Below, one piece after another: positions 32,068 to 42,035 of a stretch of 64,000 bases of DNA. The notes beneath the pieces are model-generated. The model ran no database searches and was not told the origin of the DNA. It saw only the letters and a list, made by a program, of their open reading frames with translations. Location of the stretch: assembly GCA_017880775.1 (NCBI GenBank), contig JADGRQ010000003.1, forward strand, positions 120,110 through 184,109. Reading direction: 5' to 3'. Source of the stretch: Burkholderiales bacterium. Its GTDB lineage: Bacteria > Pseudomonadota > Gammaproteobacteria > Burkholderiales > SG8-39. The position numbers were made by a program, and so were the translations under genes. Each line of letters opens with the position of its first letter. Position 1 is the first letter of the stretch.

Positions 32068-32571
32068 ATGGAGGCCGCGCACGCCGAAGGGGCGTTTACA
32101 GGGCAAGCGCACGATTTGAGCTTGCTGCTGAAGCGCAATTGCTCGATTTCACCCTCGGGCCTGTGGCGCGTCTTCGTGCTGATCGCGCTGGTGACGCTCG
32201 GCATCGGAGCGGGGTTCGCCTGTTTCGGGGCGTGGCTGATCCTGCCTTTCGCCGGAGTGGAACTGCTGGTGCTGGCAGCGGCGTTTCTGGTGGTCGGACG
32301 CCACGCGACGGATTGCGAGCGGATCGAGTTCGCAGCCGGGCGGGTTCGGGTCGAGGTGCGGGATTCGGAGCGCACTGCGGTGCACGAATTCGATCTTTCG
32401 CGGGCGCAGGTGGTGCTTGGTGAAGGGGGCGGGGGGATTCGGGTGTGGCTCCGGGCGCGCGACGCGCAACTCGAGATCGGACGGCACCTGGACGAACAAT
32501 CGCGCGCCGGGCTTGCGACCGAGCTTCGCAGACGGTTACACGGCAAATGGGACGGGGAACGGAAAACATGA
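32068..32571 (+). CDS. DUF2244 membrane protein (cytochrome oxidase cluster-associated)
   Basis: LKRNCSISPSGLWRVFVLIALVTLGIGAGFACFGAWLILPFAGVELLVLAAAF. Stop overlaps the coxB ATG (ATGA). Confidence 0.7.
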   Translation: MEAAHAEGAFTGQAHDLSLLLKRNCSISPSGLWRVFVLIALVTLGIGAGFACFGAWLILPFAGVELLVLAAAFLVVGRHATDCERIEFAAGRVRVEVRDSERTAVHEFDLSRAQVVLGEGGGGIRVWLRARDAQLEIGRHLDEQSRAGLATELRRRLHGKWDGERKT

Positions 32572-33728
32572 GATTCGATCGGCCACGCATGACGGCACCC
32601 GGTTTGTTGACCGCGTTGCTCTATGGGTGCGTGCTTGCGGCGGCGGTTTCGTCCGGGAACGCGGAGGCGGCCGCGCCCTGGAACCTGCAGCCGGCGGCCT
32701 CCAGGCTCGCCGCGGACATTCACGACCTGCACGAGTGGGTCATGATTCTCGTCACGGTGATTTTCGTCGGCGTGTTCGGTTTCATGTTCTGGGCGGTATA
32801 CGCGCACCGCAAATCGGTCGGCCACAAGGCCGCTCACTTCCATGAGAACACCACCGTCGAGATCATCTGGACGGTGATCCCGCTGATCATCCTCGTGGTC
32901 ATCGCCTGGCCCGTTACCAAGACGGTCATCGCGCAAAAGGACACCTCCAACGCTGACATCACCATCAAGGTCACCGGCTACCAGTGGAAGTGGGGCTACG
33001 ACTACATCAAGGGCGAGGGTGAGGGCATCAGCTTCATTTCGACGCTGTCCACGCCGCGCGATCAGATCGAGGGCCGCGCGCCGAAAGGTGAGCACTACCT
33101 GCTCGAGGTGGACAACGAATTGGTGGTGCCGATCGGCAAAAAGGTGCGGGTGCTGACCACTGCCGCTGACGTGATTCACTCTTGGTGGGTGCCGGTGTTC
33201 GGCGCCAAGCAGGACGCGATTCCGGGCTTCATCCGCGATATCTGGTTCAAGGCGGACAAGACCGGTACTTTCCGTAGCCAATGCGCGGAGTTGTGCGGCA
33301 AGGACCACGGGTTCATGCCGGTCGTGGTGCGGGTGGTGTCGGCGGAGGACTATACGAAGTGGGTCGCCGAGCAGAAAAAGCTCGCCGCGGCCAGCGCCGA
33401 TGACCCGAACAAGAGCTATACACTCGACGAATTGAAGGCGCGCGGCGAGAAGGTCTATGCGGCCAACTGCGTCGCCTGCCACCAGGCAACCGGCAAGGGC
33501 GCCCCACCCGCTTTCCCGCCGCTCGACGGCTCGAAGGTCGTCAACGGCCCGAAGAACGACCAGATCGCGCTCGAGCTGAACGGCAAGCCTGGCACGGCGA
33601 TGGCCGCCTTTGACAAGCAGCTGAACGACGTCGAGCTGGCGGCGGTGATCACCTTTACGCGCAACGCCTGGGGCAACAAGACCGGCGAAGCGATTCAGCC
33701 CTCTGAAGTCAAGGCGCTGCGCAAGTAG
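32568..33728 (+). CDS. coxB: cytochrome c oxidase subunit II with C-terminal cytochrome c domain
   Basis: CuA site DVIHSWWVP...[12 protein letters not shown] and a C-terminal heme motif CVACHQ. Confidence 0.9.
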   Translation: MRFDRPRMTAPGLLTALLYGCVLAAAVSSGNAEAAAPWNLQPAASRLAADIHDLHEWVMILVTVIFVGVFGFMFWAVYAHRKSVGHKAAHFHENTTVEIIWTVIPLIILVVIAWPVTKTVIAQKDTSNADITIKVTGYQWKWGYDYIKGEGEGISFISTLSTPRDQIEGRAPKGEHYLLEVDNELVVPIGKKVRVLTTAADVIHSWWVPVFGAKQDAIPGFIRDIWFKADKTGTFRSQCAELCGKDHGFMPVVVRVVSAEDYTKWVAEQKKLAAASADDPNKSYTLDELKARGEKVYAANCVACHQATGKGAPPAFPPLDGSKVVNGPKNDQIALELNGKPGTAMAAFDKQLNDVELAAVITFTRNAWGNKTGEAIQPSEVKALRK

Positions 33729-33762
33729 GCGCCTTCGAACAGGCAACACCAGGAGAACTTTC

Positions 33763-35352
33763 ATGAGTGCAGTCATCGACAGCCACGGTCAAGCGCACGA
33801 CCACCATGGCGGCGGGTATGGCGGGATCATGCGCTGGATCACCACCACCAACCACAAGGACATCGGTACGCTGTACCTGTGGTTCAGTTTCATTATGTTC
33901 ATGACCGGTGGCGCGATGGCGATGGTGATCCGCGCCGAACTGTTCGAACCCGGCCTGCAATTCGTCAACCCGGATTTCTTCAACCAACTGACCACCATGC
34001 ATGGCCTGATCATGGTGTTCGGCGCGATCATGCCGGCGTTCGTGGGCTTCGCAAACTGGCAGATCCCGATGATGATCGGCGCGCCCGACATGGCGTTTGC
34101 ACGGATGAACAACTGGAGCTTCTGGCTCCTGCCTTTCGCCGCGTCAATGCTGATGCTGTCGTTTTTCATGCCCGGTGGTGCGCCGGGTGTGGGCTGGACG
34201 CTCTACGCCCCGCTTACGGTGCAGATGGGCATGGGCATGGACCTCACCATTTTCGCCATCCACCTGCTCGGCATGAGCTCGATCATGGGCTCGATCAACA
34301 TCATCACCACGATCCTCAACATGCGCGCGCCCGGCATGACGCTGATGCGCATGCCGCTGTTCTGCTGGACCTGGTTGATCACCGCTTACATGCTGTTGGC
34401 CGCAATGCCGGTGTTCGCCGGCGCAGTGACCATGACGCTGACCGACCGCCACTTCGGCACCTCGTTCTTCAACGCGGCAGGCGGCGGCGATCCGGTGCTC
34501 TACCAGCACATCTTCTGGTTCTTCGGCCACCCCGAGGTGTACATCATCGCCCTTCCGGCATTCGGGGTGATCTCGCAGGTGATCCCGGCGTTCTCGAGAA
34601 AACCCCTGTTCGGCTACGCTTCGATGGTCTACGCCACCTCCGCGATCGCAATCCTTTCGTTCATGGTCTGGGCGCACCACATGTACACCGTGGGCATGCC
34701 GGTCACGGGGCAGCTGTTCTTCATGTACGCAACCATGCTGATCGCAGCGCCCACCGGGGTCAAGGTATTCAACTGGGTGGCCACCATGTGGCGCGGTTCG
34801 CTCAGCTTCGAGACCCCGATGCTGTTTGCGTGCGGATTCCTGTTCCTGTTCACTCTCGGCGGCTTTACGGGGCTGGTGCTGGCGCTGGTTCCGGTCGATA
34901 TCCAGCTGCAGGACACTTATTACGTGGTGGCGCACTTCCATTACGTGATGGTCGCGGGCGCCCTGTTCTCGGCATTCGCCGGCATTTATTTCTGGTTGCC
35001 GAAATGGACTGGCCGGATGTACGACGAGACGCTCGGCAAATGGCACTTCTGGCTGTCGATGATTTTTTTCAACATGATCTTTTTCGTGCAGCATTTCCTG
35101 GGCCTTGCTGGCATGCCGCGCCGCATCCCGGATTACCCGCTGATGTTCGAGACCTGGAACAAAATCTCTTCGATCGGCGCGTTTGGATTCGGCCTGACGC
35201 AGCTGCTGTTCCTGTATATCGTTCTGAAAGCGATCCGCAGTGGCGAGAAGGCGCCGCAGCGGCCGTGGGAAGGCGCCGATTCGATCGACTGGACGATGAT
35301 TCCGACGCCTGCGCCGTATCACACGTTCGAGACGCCGCCGGTGATCAAGTAG
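33763..35352 (+). CDS. ctaD: cytochrome c oxidase subunit I
   Basis: [15 protein letters not shown]...MAFARMNN...[10 protein letters not shown]...HHMYTVGM...HFHYV. Confidence 0.95.
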   Translation: MSAVIDSHGQAHDHHGGGYGGIMRWITTTNHKDIGTLYLWFSFIMFMTGGAMAMVIRAELFEPGLQFVNPDFFNQLTTMHGLIMVFGAIMPAFVGFANWQIPMMIGAPDMAFARMNNWSFWLLPFAASMLMLSFFMPGGAPGVGWTLYAPLTVQMGMGMDLTIFAIHLLGMSSIMGSINIITTILNMRAPGMTLMRMPLFCWTWLITAYMLLAAMPVFAGAVTMTLTDRHFGTSFFNAAGGGDPVLYQHIFWFFGHPEVYIIALPAFGVISQVIPAFSRKPLFGYASMVYATSAIAILSFMVWAHHMYTVGMPVTGQLFFMYATMLIAAPTGVKVFNWVATMWRGSLSFETPMLFACGFLFLFTLGGFTGLVLALVPVDIQLQDTYYVVAHFHYVMVAGALFSAFAGIYFWLPKWTGRMYDETLGKWHFWLSMIFFNMIFFVQHFLGLAGMPRRIPDYPLMFETWNKISSIGAFGFGLTQLLFLYIVLKAIRSGEKAPQRPWEGADSIDWTMIPTPAPYHTFETPPVIK

Positions 35353-35359
35353 CGCGCCG

Positions 35360-35452
35360 ATGACACGCAACGCCCGGACCGGATTGATTCTCGCCACCGT
35401 CGCGCTGATGTTCTTTCTCGGCATCATCGCCAAGTACTGGCTGCTGCGATGA
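35360..35452 (+). CDS. 30-aa single-TM micro-protein (cytochrome oxidase small assembly protein-like); absent from the ORF track
   Basis: ATG 35360 ... TGA 35450-35452 encodes MTRNARTGLILATVALMFFLGIIAKYWLLR. The stop overlaps the ctaG ATG (ATGA). Confidence 0.55.
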   Translation: MTRNARTGLILATVALMFFLGIIAKYWLLR

Positions 35453-36003
35453 ACCAGACGCTTCTCGACGAACGCGGGCGCGAGAATCGACGTATGCTGG
35501 TGAAGCTGTTCGTCGTCGCGCTGGCGATGTTCGGTTTCGGCTTCGCTCTGGTGCCGTTCTACGACAAAATCTGCAAGGCGCTCGGCGTCAACAACTTCAT
35601 CGCGCCCGACGCCGTCCAGGCCAATACCCAGGTGGATCTGGCGCGCAGCGTGACCATCGAGTTGGATGCCAATACGCACAATCTGGCCTGGCGTTTCCGG
35701 CCCATGGTCCGGCACCTCACTGTGCATCCGGGCGAACTCGCGCAGATCGAGTACGAGATCGCCAACGTGCGCGATGTGCCCGTCACCGCGCAGGCGGTGC
35801 CCAGTTACGGCCCGCAGCGCGCGGGCCAGTACTTCCGCAAGTTGGAGTGCTTCTGCTTCACCCAGCAGACGCTCGCCGGTGGCGAAACGCGCAGAATGCC
35901 GGTGGTGTTTCTGATCGATCCGGCGCTGCCGAAGGACGTCAATACGATTACATTGTCGTACACCTTCTTCGAGGTGCCCGGCACGTCGAAGGAAAGATCG
36001 TGA
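35449..36003 (+). CDS. ctaG: cytochrome c oxidase assembly protein CtaG/Cox11
   Basis: LVPFYDKICKALG...ECFCFTQQTL (copper-binding CFCF). Confidence 0.9.
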   Translation: MNQTLLDERGRENRRMLVKLFVVALAMFGFGFALVPFYDKICKALGVNNFIAPDAVQANTQVDLARSVTIELDANTHNLAWRFRPMVRHLTVHPGELAQIEYEIANVRDVPVTAQAVPSYGPQRAGQYFRKLECFCFTQQTLAGGETRRMPVVFLIDPALPKDVNTITLSYTFFEVPGTSKERS

Positions 36004-36179
36004 TGGCGGGAGCATTCGAGACTTTCAAGGCGGTGCTCTCGGGGATGATCGGGGTGCGCCGCAAGGCCGACCACGAGTCGGCGTCCTTGAACCCGGTGCA
36101 CGTGATCATCGCCGGAGTGGTCGTGGCGGTATTGTTCGTATTGACGCTGGTCACGATCGTCAGGTTTGTGGTCGGCTGA
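36003..36179 (+). CDS. DUF2970 small membrane protein
   Basis: MAGAFETFKAVLSGMIGVRRKADHES...VIIAGVVVAVLFVLTLVTIVRFV. The ATG overlaps the ctaG TGA (TGATG). Confidence 0.6.
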   Translation: MAGAFETFKAVLSGMIGVRRKADHESASLNPVHVIIAGVVVAVLFVLTLVTIVRFVVG

Positions 36180-36198
36180 CCGAGGCAGGGAGAAAAGC

Positions 36199-37068
36199 AT
36201 GGCGCAAACCGCAACCTCCGCAACACGGCAGCAGCACTACCACGTGCCGCAGCCGATGCCGTGGCCGATCATGGGCTCGACCGCGCTGTTCCTGATGGCG
36301 CTCGGCGCGACGTTCGTGTTCAACGGCTCGATGGGCGGATGGGTGTCGACGTCGCTCGGCTTCATGATCCTGCTTTACATGATGTACCGCTGGTTCGGCG
36401 ACGTCATCCGCGAGTCCGAGGGCGGAAAATACGGGCGCTGGGAGGATCTGTCGTTCCGCTGGGGAATGAGCTGGTTCATTTTTTCCGAGGTGATGTTCTT
36501 CGCCGGATTCTTCGGGGCGCTGTTCTGGGCCCGCGCCATGTCGGTGCCCGATCTTTCGAGCCTGCTGAGCAACGAATTGCTGTGGCCGGGCTTCAAGAAC
36601 CTGTGGCCTTCGGCGGGACCGGGATTTGCCGAGAAGTTCACGCCAATGGGCGCGTGGGGGATTCCGGCGATCAACACGCTGCTGCTGCTGAGTTCCGGCG
36701 TGACGCTCACGATCGCGCATTGGGGGCTGGTCAACAACAAGCGCGGACAGCTCAACCTGTTTCTGTTCCTCACCATCGCGCTGGGCGTGACCTTCCTCGG
36801 CCTGCAGATCTTCGAATACGGCCACGCGTACTCCGAACTCAACCTCAAGCTGTCGACCGGGGTCTACGGATCGACCTTCTTCATGCTGACCGGCTTTCAC
36901 GGCTTCCACGTGACCATCGGCGCGATCATGCTGACGGTGATGCTGTTTCGCTGCCTGTCGGGGCATTTCAAGCCGGACCACCATTTCGCGTTCGAGGCGG
37001 TGGCCTGGTACTGGCACTTCGTGGACGTGGTGTGGCTGTTGCTCTTTATTCTGGTGTACTGGCTGTAA
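36199..37068 (+). CDS. coxC: cytochrome c oxidase subunit III
   Basis: HYHVPQPMPWPIMGS...FFMLTGFHGFHVTIG...WYWHFVDVVWLLLF. Confidence 0.9.
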   Translation: MAQTATSATRQQHYHVPQPMPWPIMGSTALFLMALGATFVFNGSMGGWVSTSLGFMILLYMMYRWFGDVIRESEGGKYGRWEDLSFRWGMSWFIFSEVMFFAGFFGALFWARAMSVPDLSSLLSNELLWPGFKNLWPSAGPGFAEKFTPMGAWGIPAINTLLLLSSGVTLTIAHWGLVNNKRGQLNLFLFLTIALGVTFLGLQIFEYGHAYSELNLKLSTGVYGSTFFMLTGFHGFHVTIGAIMLTVMLFRCLSGHFKPDHHFAFEAVAWYWHFVDVVWLLLFILVYWL

Positions 37069-37098
37069 CGCCCTCTCAGCCTGAGACTTGGTGAAGCA

Positions 37099-37130
37099 GG
37101 GGAGCCTCTCGCGGTTCCCCGGTTTGCTTT
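37099..37130. terminator. hairpin plus T-rich tract between convergent coxC and the DUF2909 gene
   Basis: GGGGA (37099-37103) ... TCCCC (37116-37120) followed by GGTTTGCTTT. Confidence 0.4.
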
Positions 37131-37134
37131 GCAG

Positions 37135-37329
37135 CTAGAGCTTCTGCGGAATGAAACCGAAGTAGAAGCCCGCCATCAGGAATAGGAACAGTGCGATCGA
37201 CAGCGCGACGCGCAGCGCGAGGGCCTTGACCGCGCGTTTCGAGCCGCTGCGATCGCGGAACACGAACACCAGCGCCGAGGCGAGGCTCGCGAGGATCAGG
37301 GCGATCAGGACGTAGACGACGATGCGCAA
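37135..37329 (-). CDS. twin-TM small protein (DUF2909-like)
   Basis: A TTG start at 37329 gives a 64-aa MRIVVYVLIALILASLASALVFVF...LALRVALSIALFLFLMAGFYFGF. The longer listed ORF upstream is Arg/Pro-rich and implausible. Confidence 0.5.
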   Translation of the reverse strand: MRIVVYVLIALILASLASALVFVFRDRSGSKRAVKALALRVALSIALFLFLMAGFYFGFIPQKL

Positions 37330-37425
37330 GCGCCGGGTGCTGGGGAAGGTGGGGAGGCGGTGTGGTGGGCTATGCAGCCCGCAGTGTAGCCGACGGCGTC
37401 CTGCGCCTCGAGCGATGCGGGCTGC

Positions 37426-38136
37426 ATGAAACTCGGGCCGCTGGCGTTTCCCGCGTGGACCGCGCTGGTCGCGGCCGGGCTTTGCGCGCTCGGGGTTGCG
37501 CTCGGAAACTGGCAGTCCGACCGCGCCGCGCAGAAGCGCGTGATCGCCGATGGCCTGGCCCGCTACCAGCGCGCGCCCGCGACCCGGCTCGGTGCCGATG
37601 CGGTCGCGGCCGGGGACTACCTCTGGCACAGGGTCGAAGCGCGCGGTGAGTTCGACGCAAAGCACACGCTGTTTCTCGGCAACCGCCTGTACCGCGGCCG
37701 GCCCGGGTATTACGTCGTTACGCCGCTACGCATAGAGAACGGCCCGCGTTACGTGCTCGTGCTGCGCGGCTGGCTCCCGTCGTCGGGGAATGCTCCTCCG
37801 GCGCATGCCGTTCCGCCGGGCATCCGCGTGATCACGGGTCTGGCGGTTCCAGGCGTCGCGCGCATCTATGAACCCGGCGCGCCGGGCCACGGCCGCGTGC
37901 GGCAGAACATCGACGTGGCTCGGTTCGAACTGGAGAGCGGCCTGTCCCTCCACCCGTTCTTCATCGAGCAGCGCGACGCCTCCGAAGAGGGCCTCGTCCA
38001 GGACTGGCCGGCGCACGACGCGCTCCTCGACAGGCACCGCATGTACGCCGGGCAGTGGTACTCGCTCGCGGCGCTATCGGTCATCATCTTCCTCGTGCTG
38101 AGCTTTCGCAATGGACGCCCACCGCACATCGCTTGA
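37426..38136 (+). CDS. SURF1 family cytochrome oxidase biogenesis protein
   Basis: N-terminal TM plus GNWQSDRAAQK, GYYVVTPL, VLVLRGWLP, and a C-terminal TM after YAGQWYSLA. Confidence 0.8.
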   Translation: MKLGPLAFPAWTALVAAGLCALGVALGNWQSDRAAQKRVIADGLARYQRAPATRLGADAVAAGDYLWHRVEARGEFDAKHTLFLGNRLYRGRPGYYVVTPLRIENGPRYVLVLRGWLPSSGNAPPAHAVPPGIRVITGLAVPGVARIYEPGAPGHGRVRQNIDVARFELESGLSLHPFFIEQRDASEEGLVQDWPAHDALLDRHRMYAGQWYSLAALSVIIFLVLSFRNGRPPHIA

Positions 38137-38680
38137 CGCGGAGCGCGCGCGCCGTCTCGGCCGGATCAAGCTGCTTGCGCTGGCGGCGTTCTTCATGCTG
38201 CCGGTCGCCGCAGGCTACCTTGCGTACTCGTGGTGGACTCCCGAGCAGGGATCGAACTACGGCGAGTTGTTGCCGCCCCTCCCGCTTGACGACGCGACCA
38301 TCATTGCGCTGAAGGGCAAGTGGGTGCTAGTGCAGTTCGATTCGGGCATCTGCGATGCCCATTGCGAGCGCAAGCACTACTTGATGCGCCAGGTGCGCAA
38401 GGCGCAAGGCAAGGAGCAGTCCCGCGTCGAGCGGCTGTGGCTGGTGACCGATCGCGTGGCGCCGCGCAAAGCGCTGCTCGACGCGATATCAGGTACCCGC
38501 ATCGAGTCCGCTGCGTCGCGGAGGCTCGCCGGCCAGTTTGCGCCGCAAGGCGCGGCCAAAGACCGTATCTATGTCGTCGACCCGCTCGGCAACCTGATGA
38601 TGCGTTTTCCGCGCAACCCGGATCCGACGCGGATGATCAAGGACTTGCAGCGTCTGCTGAAAACATCGCAGATCGGTTGA
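38111..38680 (+). CDS. membrane-anchored thioredoxin-fold protein with CxxxC (SCO1/SenC-like), cox-cluster associated
   Basis: [44 protein letters not shown] aligns with the SCO GKW..L.F....C...C pattern. Confidence 0.5.
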   Translation: MDAHRTSLDAERARRLGRIKLLALAAFFMLPVAAGYLAYSWWTPEQGSNYGELLPPLPLDDATIIALKGKWVLVQFDSGICDAHCERKHYLMRQVRKAQGKEQSRVERLWLVTDRVAPRKALLDAISGTRIESAASRRLAGQFAPQGAAKDRIYVVDPLGNLMMRFPRNPDPTRMIKDLQRLLKTSQIG

Positions 38681-38793
38681 AGGCGATGATAAGATCCGCG
38701 CCTTCTCCAGACCGAGCGCCGCGCCGGCGCGTCCCCCTGATCGTGTCCGCCGAGCTACGCCTGAGTGAGACCTCCGGGCAACCGCGCACGCTG

Positions 38794-39654
38794 ATGCGCA
38801 GGATGCGCGCGTTCTATTCGCTCACCAAGCCGCGGGTGGTTTCGCTGATTGTCTTCACCGCGGTGATCGGCATGTTCCTCGCCACGCCGGGCATGGTTGC
38901 GACGCAGATCCTGCTCGCGGGCACCCTCGGGATCGCAATGGTGGCGGGCGCGGCCGCGGCGGTGAATTGCCTGGTCGAGCAGAGGATCGACGCGGCGATG
39001 CGGCGCACGCGCGGGCGAGCGTTGCCACGCGGCGAACTGACCGCGCTGCAGACCCTGGTGTTCGCGGGAACGGTGGGCGGTCTCGGCCTCTGGGTGCTGG
39101 TGCATTTCGTAAACCCGCTCACCATGTGGCTCACGCTCGCAACGTTCGTTGGCTACGCAGTCATCTACACGGTAATACTGAAACCCGCCACGCCACAGAA
39201 CATCGTCATCGGCGGCGCTTCGGGCGCAATGCCGCCGGTGCTCGGCTGGGCGGCGGTGACGGGCGAGGTGACGACCGAGGCACTGCTGCTGTTCCTGATC
39301 ATTTACGCATGGACGCCACCGCATTTCTGGGCGCTGGCGCTGTACCGCACCGAGGAGTACGCCAAGGCCGGTCTGCCGATGCTGCCGGTCACCCATGGCA
39401 AGCGCTACACCCAACTTCAGGTGCTGCTCTACACGCTGATCCTGTTCGGCGTGACGCTGCTGCCGTTCGCGATCCGCATGAGCGGCTGGCTGTACCTTGG
39501 CGCGGCCTGCGCGCTGGACGGGATATTCATCGGCTACTCGATCGCGTTGTACGCGCACTACAGCGACCGCCTTGCGCATCGCACCTTCCGCTACTCGATT
39601 CTGTACCTCGCGCTGCTGTTCGCGGCGCTGCTGGTGGACCACTACCTGCAGTAA
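38794..39654 (+). CDS. ctaB: protoheme IX farnesyltransferase (heme O synthase)
   Basis: [23 protein letters not shown]...[21 protein letters not shown]...[10 protein letters not shown]. Starts possible at ATG 38794, 38803 or 38686. Confidence 0.85.
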   Translation: MRRMRAFYSLTKPRVVSLIVFTAVIGMFLATPGMVATQILLAGTLGIAMVAGAAAAVNCLVEQRIDAAMRRTRGRALPRGELTALQTLVFAGTVGGLGLWVLVHFVNPLTMWLTLATFVGYAVIYTVILKPATPQNIVIGGASGAMPPVLGWAAVTGEVTTEALLLFLIIYAWTPPHFWALALYRTEEYAKAGLPMLPVTHGKRYTQLQVLLYTLILFGVTLLPFAIRMSGWLYLGAACALDGIFIGYSIALYAHYSDRLAHRTFRYSILYLALLFAALLVDHYLQ

Positions 39655-39768
39655 GGAAGCCCCGCGCCGAGACCTCGCGCACAAGATCGACACCGTCAAA
39701 ATCCCCCGCACTGACGGCCGCACGCCTTGCCGGCCTGCCCGGCACCGACTGGGAGTAAAATCAAACAA

Positions 39769-39796
39769 GGGACCGCCGAACGCGCGTCCCGGTTTT
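39769..39796 (+). terminator. possible terminator after the cox/ctaB operon
   Basis: GGGACCGC-CGAAC-GCG(C)GTCCC followed by GGTTTT. Lies inside the TTG-initiated extension of the kinase ORF. Confidence 0.4.
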
Positions 39797-39804
39797 CAGC
39801 CCCG

Positions 39805-41295
39805 GTGAACATCGTGAATAACGTACACGAATTCGATCAAAAGCTCGATGGCCAAGAACGACGCGCCCCCGCGAGACTGCGTGAGGCGGAGCGGCGCTAC
39901 CAGACGCTGTTCAATGCCAGCCCGCAGCCGATATACGTCTACGACGTCGAGACGCTGCGCATCGTGGCTGCCAACGAGAAGATGGTGCAACGCTACGGAT
40001 GGACGCGCGAGGAGCTTTTGCACATGAGCGCACTTGACCTCCGACCCGCTGGGGAGGAGGAGCGCTTCAGAAGCGGTTCGCATGAGCCGCCCGACGTGGA
40101 CATCGTCAGAACCTGGCGCCACAAGCGGAGCAACGGCGAGGTGTTCGACGCAGAGGTCACCGCGCACGATTTCGACTTGGACGGCCGCAGGCTGCGTCTG
40201 GTTACTGCAACCGACATCACGGAGCGAAAGCGGCAGGAGCGGGCCCTGCGCGAAAGCGAAGAGCGCTTTCGCAGCCTGACCGAACTGTTCTCCGATTTGT
40301 ATTGGGAGACCGACGAGAACCACCGCTTCGTACGGATGACCGGAGTTCTGGTCTCCCGCCGCCGGATCCGGCGGGAGGCGTTCGAGGGCAAGACGCGCTG
40401 GGAGATCGAAGCCCCGGACATGTCCGCGGAGGGTTGGGCACGGCACCGGGCCGATCTGGAGGCGCATCGTGAATTCCGCGATCTCGTCATCGCCCGCGGG
40501 AACGCGGCCGGAGAGAAGTACTACATCAGCCTGAGCGGCCGGCCCATGTTCGACGAACGGCGCCAGTTCCGCGGTTACCACGGCATCGGCATGGACGTTA
40601 CGGCGAGCGTAGTCGCCCAGGAAGCGCTGCAGAAGGCGGCGGGGGATCTGCAGGCGCTCTCGCGCAGGCTGGTGGAAGTCCAAGAGGTGGAGCGGCGCGA
40701 TCTCAGCCGCGAACTGCACGACCGAATCGGCCAGAACCTTACCGCGCTGTACATCAACCTCGATATTCTGCTCGGCAATGTCGGCGTGCGCGGTTCCGCC
40801 GAGATCGAGGGACGCCTGCGGGACTCGCTCGAGATCCTCGGGGCGACGGCAAAGATGATCGATGACATTACCGCCGAACTGCGGCCGCCGATGCTCGACA
40901 ACATCGGGCTCGCCGCGGCGCTGCGCTGGCACGGCGCGCGGTTCGCGTTGCGAACCGGAATCGCGGTGACGGTCGATGCGGACGAGGACTTCACTCCGGA
41001 GACGGCCGCGATGCGGGACGTGGCGCTATTCCGTATCGCCCAGGAAGCTCTGAACAACGCCGCCAAGCACGCGCACGCTCGCAACATCGAGATCACCATC
41101 CGGGTCAAACAAGGCGAGCTCATCTTCCAGGTGCGCGACGACGGCTCCGGTTTCGATGCAGCCGCCGATTCAGGCACGCGCATCGGGCTGGGCATGCGGA
41201 CGATGCGCGAGCGCGCCGCAGCAATCGGAGGCCAGCTTGAGGTGACCTCGAGCGCCGGGGCCGGCACTACGCTGCGCGTGCGGGTGCCGCTCTGA
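39805..41295 (+). CDS. soluble double-PAS sensor histidine kinase (HisKA_3/NarX-LiaS type)
   Basis: Two PAS segments (YQTLFNASPQPIYVYD...; FRSLTELFSDLYWETD...), H-box RDLSRELHDRIGQNLTAL, HATPase N-box ALNNAAKHA and G-boxes DDGSGF / GLGMRTMRERA. Start uncertain (GTG 39805/39814, TTG 39727). Confidence 0.8.
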   Translation: MNIVNNVHEFDQKLDGQERRAPARLREAERRYQTLFNASPQPIYVYDVETLRIVAANEKMVQRYGWTREELLHMSALDLRPAGEEERFRSGSHEPPDVDIVRTWRHKRSNGEVFDAEVTAHDFDLDGRRLRLVTATDITERKRQERALRESEERFRSLTELFSDLYWETDENHRFVRMTGVLVSRRRIRREAFEGKTRWEIEAPDMSAEGWARHRADLEAHREFRDLVIARGNAAGEKYYISLSGRPMFDERRQFRGYHGIGMDVTASVVAQEALQKAAGDLQALSRRLVEVQEVERRDLSRELHDRIGQNLTALYINLDILLGNVGVRGSAEIEGRLRDSLEILGATAKMIDDITAELRPPMLDNIGLAAALRWHGARFALRTGIAVTVDADEDFTPETAAMRDVALFRIAQEALNNAAKHAHARNIEITIRVKQGELIFQVRDDGSGFDAAADSGTRIGLGMRTMRERAAAIGGQLEVTSSAGAGTTLRVRVPL

Positions 41296-41312
41296 GCCTT
41301 CGCATCCGCGTA

Positions 41313-41942
41313 TTGATCGCGGACGACCACGCGATGGTGGCGGATGGATTGCGTTACATCGTCGCGGCGCAACCGGACATGGAAGTGCTCGGGATCGCCG
41401 GCAACGGCCTCGAGGCCGTCCGCCTCGCGCGCGAGCTACAGCCCGACATCGTGGTCATGGATTACTCGATGCCAGAGCTGAACGGCGCGGAAGCCGCGCG
41501 CAGGATCCTCGAGGGTTGCCCGCACAGCGGCGTGGTCATGCTTTCGATGTATTCGGACGTGGAGCACGTGCGCCGGGCCGTGCAGGTCGGGGCGCTTGGC
41601 TACGTGATGAAGAAATCCGCCTCGCGCGAGCTCGTCGCTGCGATCCGCGCTGTCAGCGCCGCCAAACGCTTTCTGAGCGCGGAACTCGCGAGCATGATCA
41701 TCGACGAGTACGCGGTCGGAGACGGCGCCGACGATCCGCTGGCGCGGTTGAGCGGGCGCGAGCGGGAGGTGCTGCAGTTGCTCGCGGAGGGCAGGAAGGT
41801 CGCCGAAATCTCCGACAGCCTCGCGCTGTCGCCGAGGACGGTTGAAACCTACCGTACGCGGCTGATGGAAAAGCTCGGTATCCGCGATCTGGCCGGGCTG
41901 GTCCGGTTCGCGATCCAGCGCGGGGTCATTCACCTCGAATAG
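41313..41942 (+). CDS. NarL/LuxR-family response regulator; true start probably upstream of the listed TTG
   Basis: Receiver domain (IADDHAMVADGL...VVMDYSMPELNG...LSMY...KSA) plus LuxR HTH (LSGREREVLQLLAEGRKVAEISDSLALSPRTVETYR). Confidence 0.85.
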   Translation: MIADDHAMVADGLRYIVAAQPDMEVLGIAGNGLEAVRLARELQPDIVVMDYSMPELNGAEAARRILEGCPHSGVVMLSMYSDVEHVRRAVQVGALGYVMKKSASRELVAAIRAVSAAKRFLSAELASMIIDEYAVGDGADDPLARLSGREREVLQLLAEGRKVAEISDSLALSPRTVETYRTRLMEKLGIRDLAGLVRFAIQRGVIHLE

Positions 41943-42035
41943 TACTCGCCTCGCCCGATTTCGCCTCCTGGTGCTTTTCGATGAAATCACCGCCTGCGCT
42001 GAAGCCGTAAGCGCAAGGCCGCAATAGACGGCCGC

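Noticed and set aside
38320-38793. 158-codon N-terminal extension of the ctaB ORF
   Set aside because: It overlaps the SCO-like gene in another frame and is Arg/Ala-rich. CtaB homology starts at ...YSLTKPRV, so the start was placed at 38794. ATG 38686 is kept only as an alternative.
41943-42035. Possible terminator hairpins (GGCCG-N7-CGGCC, GCGC...GCGC) between the response regulator and rpoH 3' ends
   Set aside because: The stems are short (4-5 bp) and have no U-tract on either strand, so they are not distinguishable from background GC-rich sequence.
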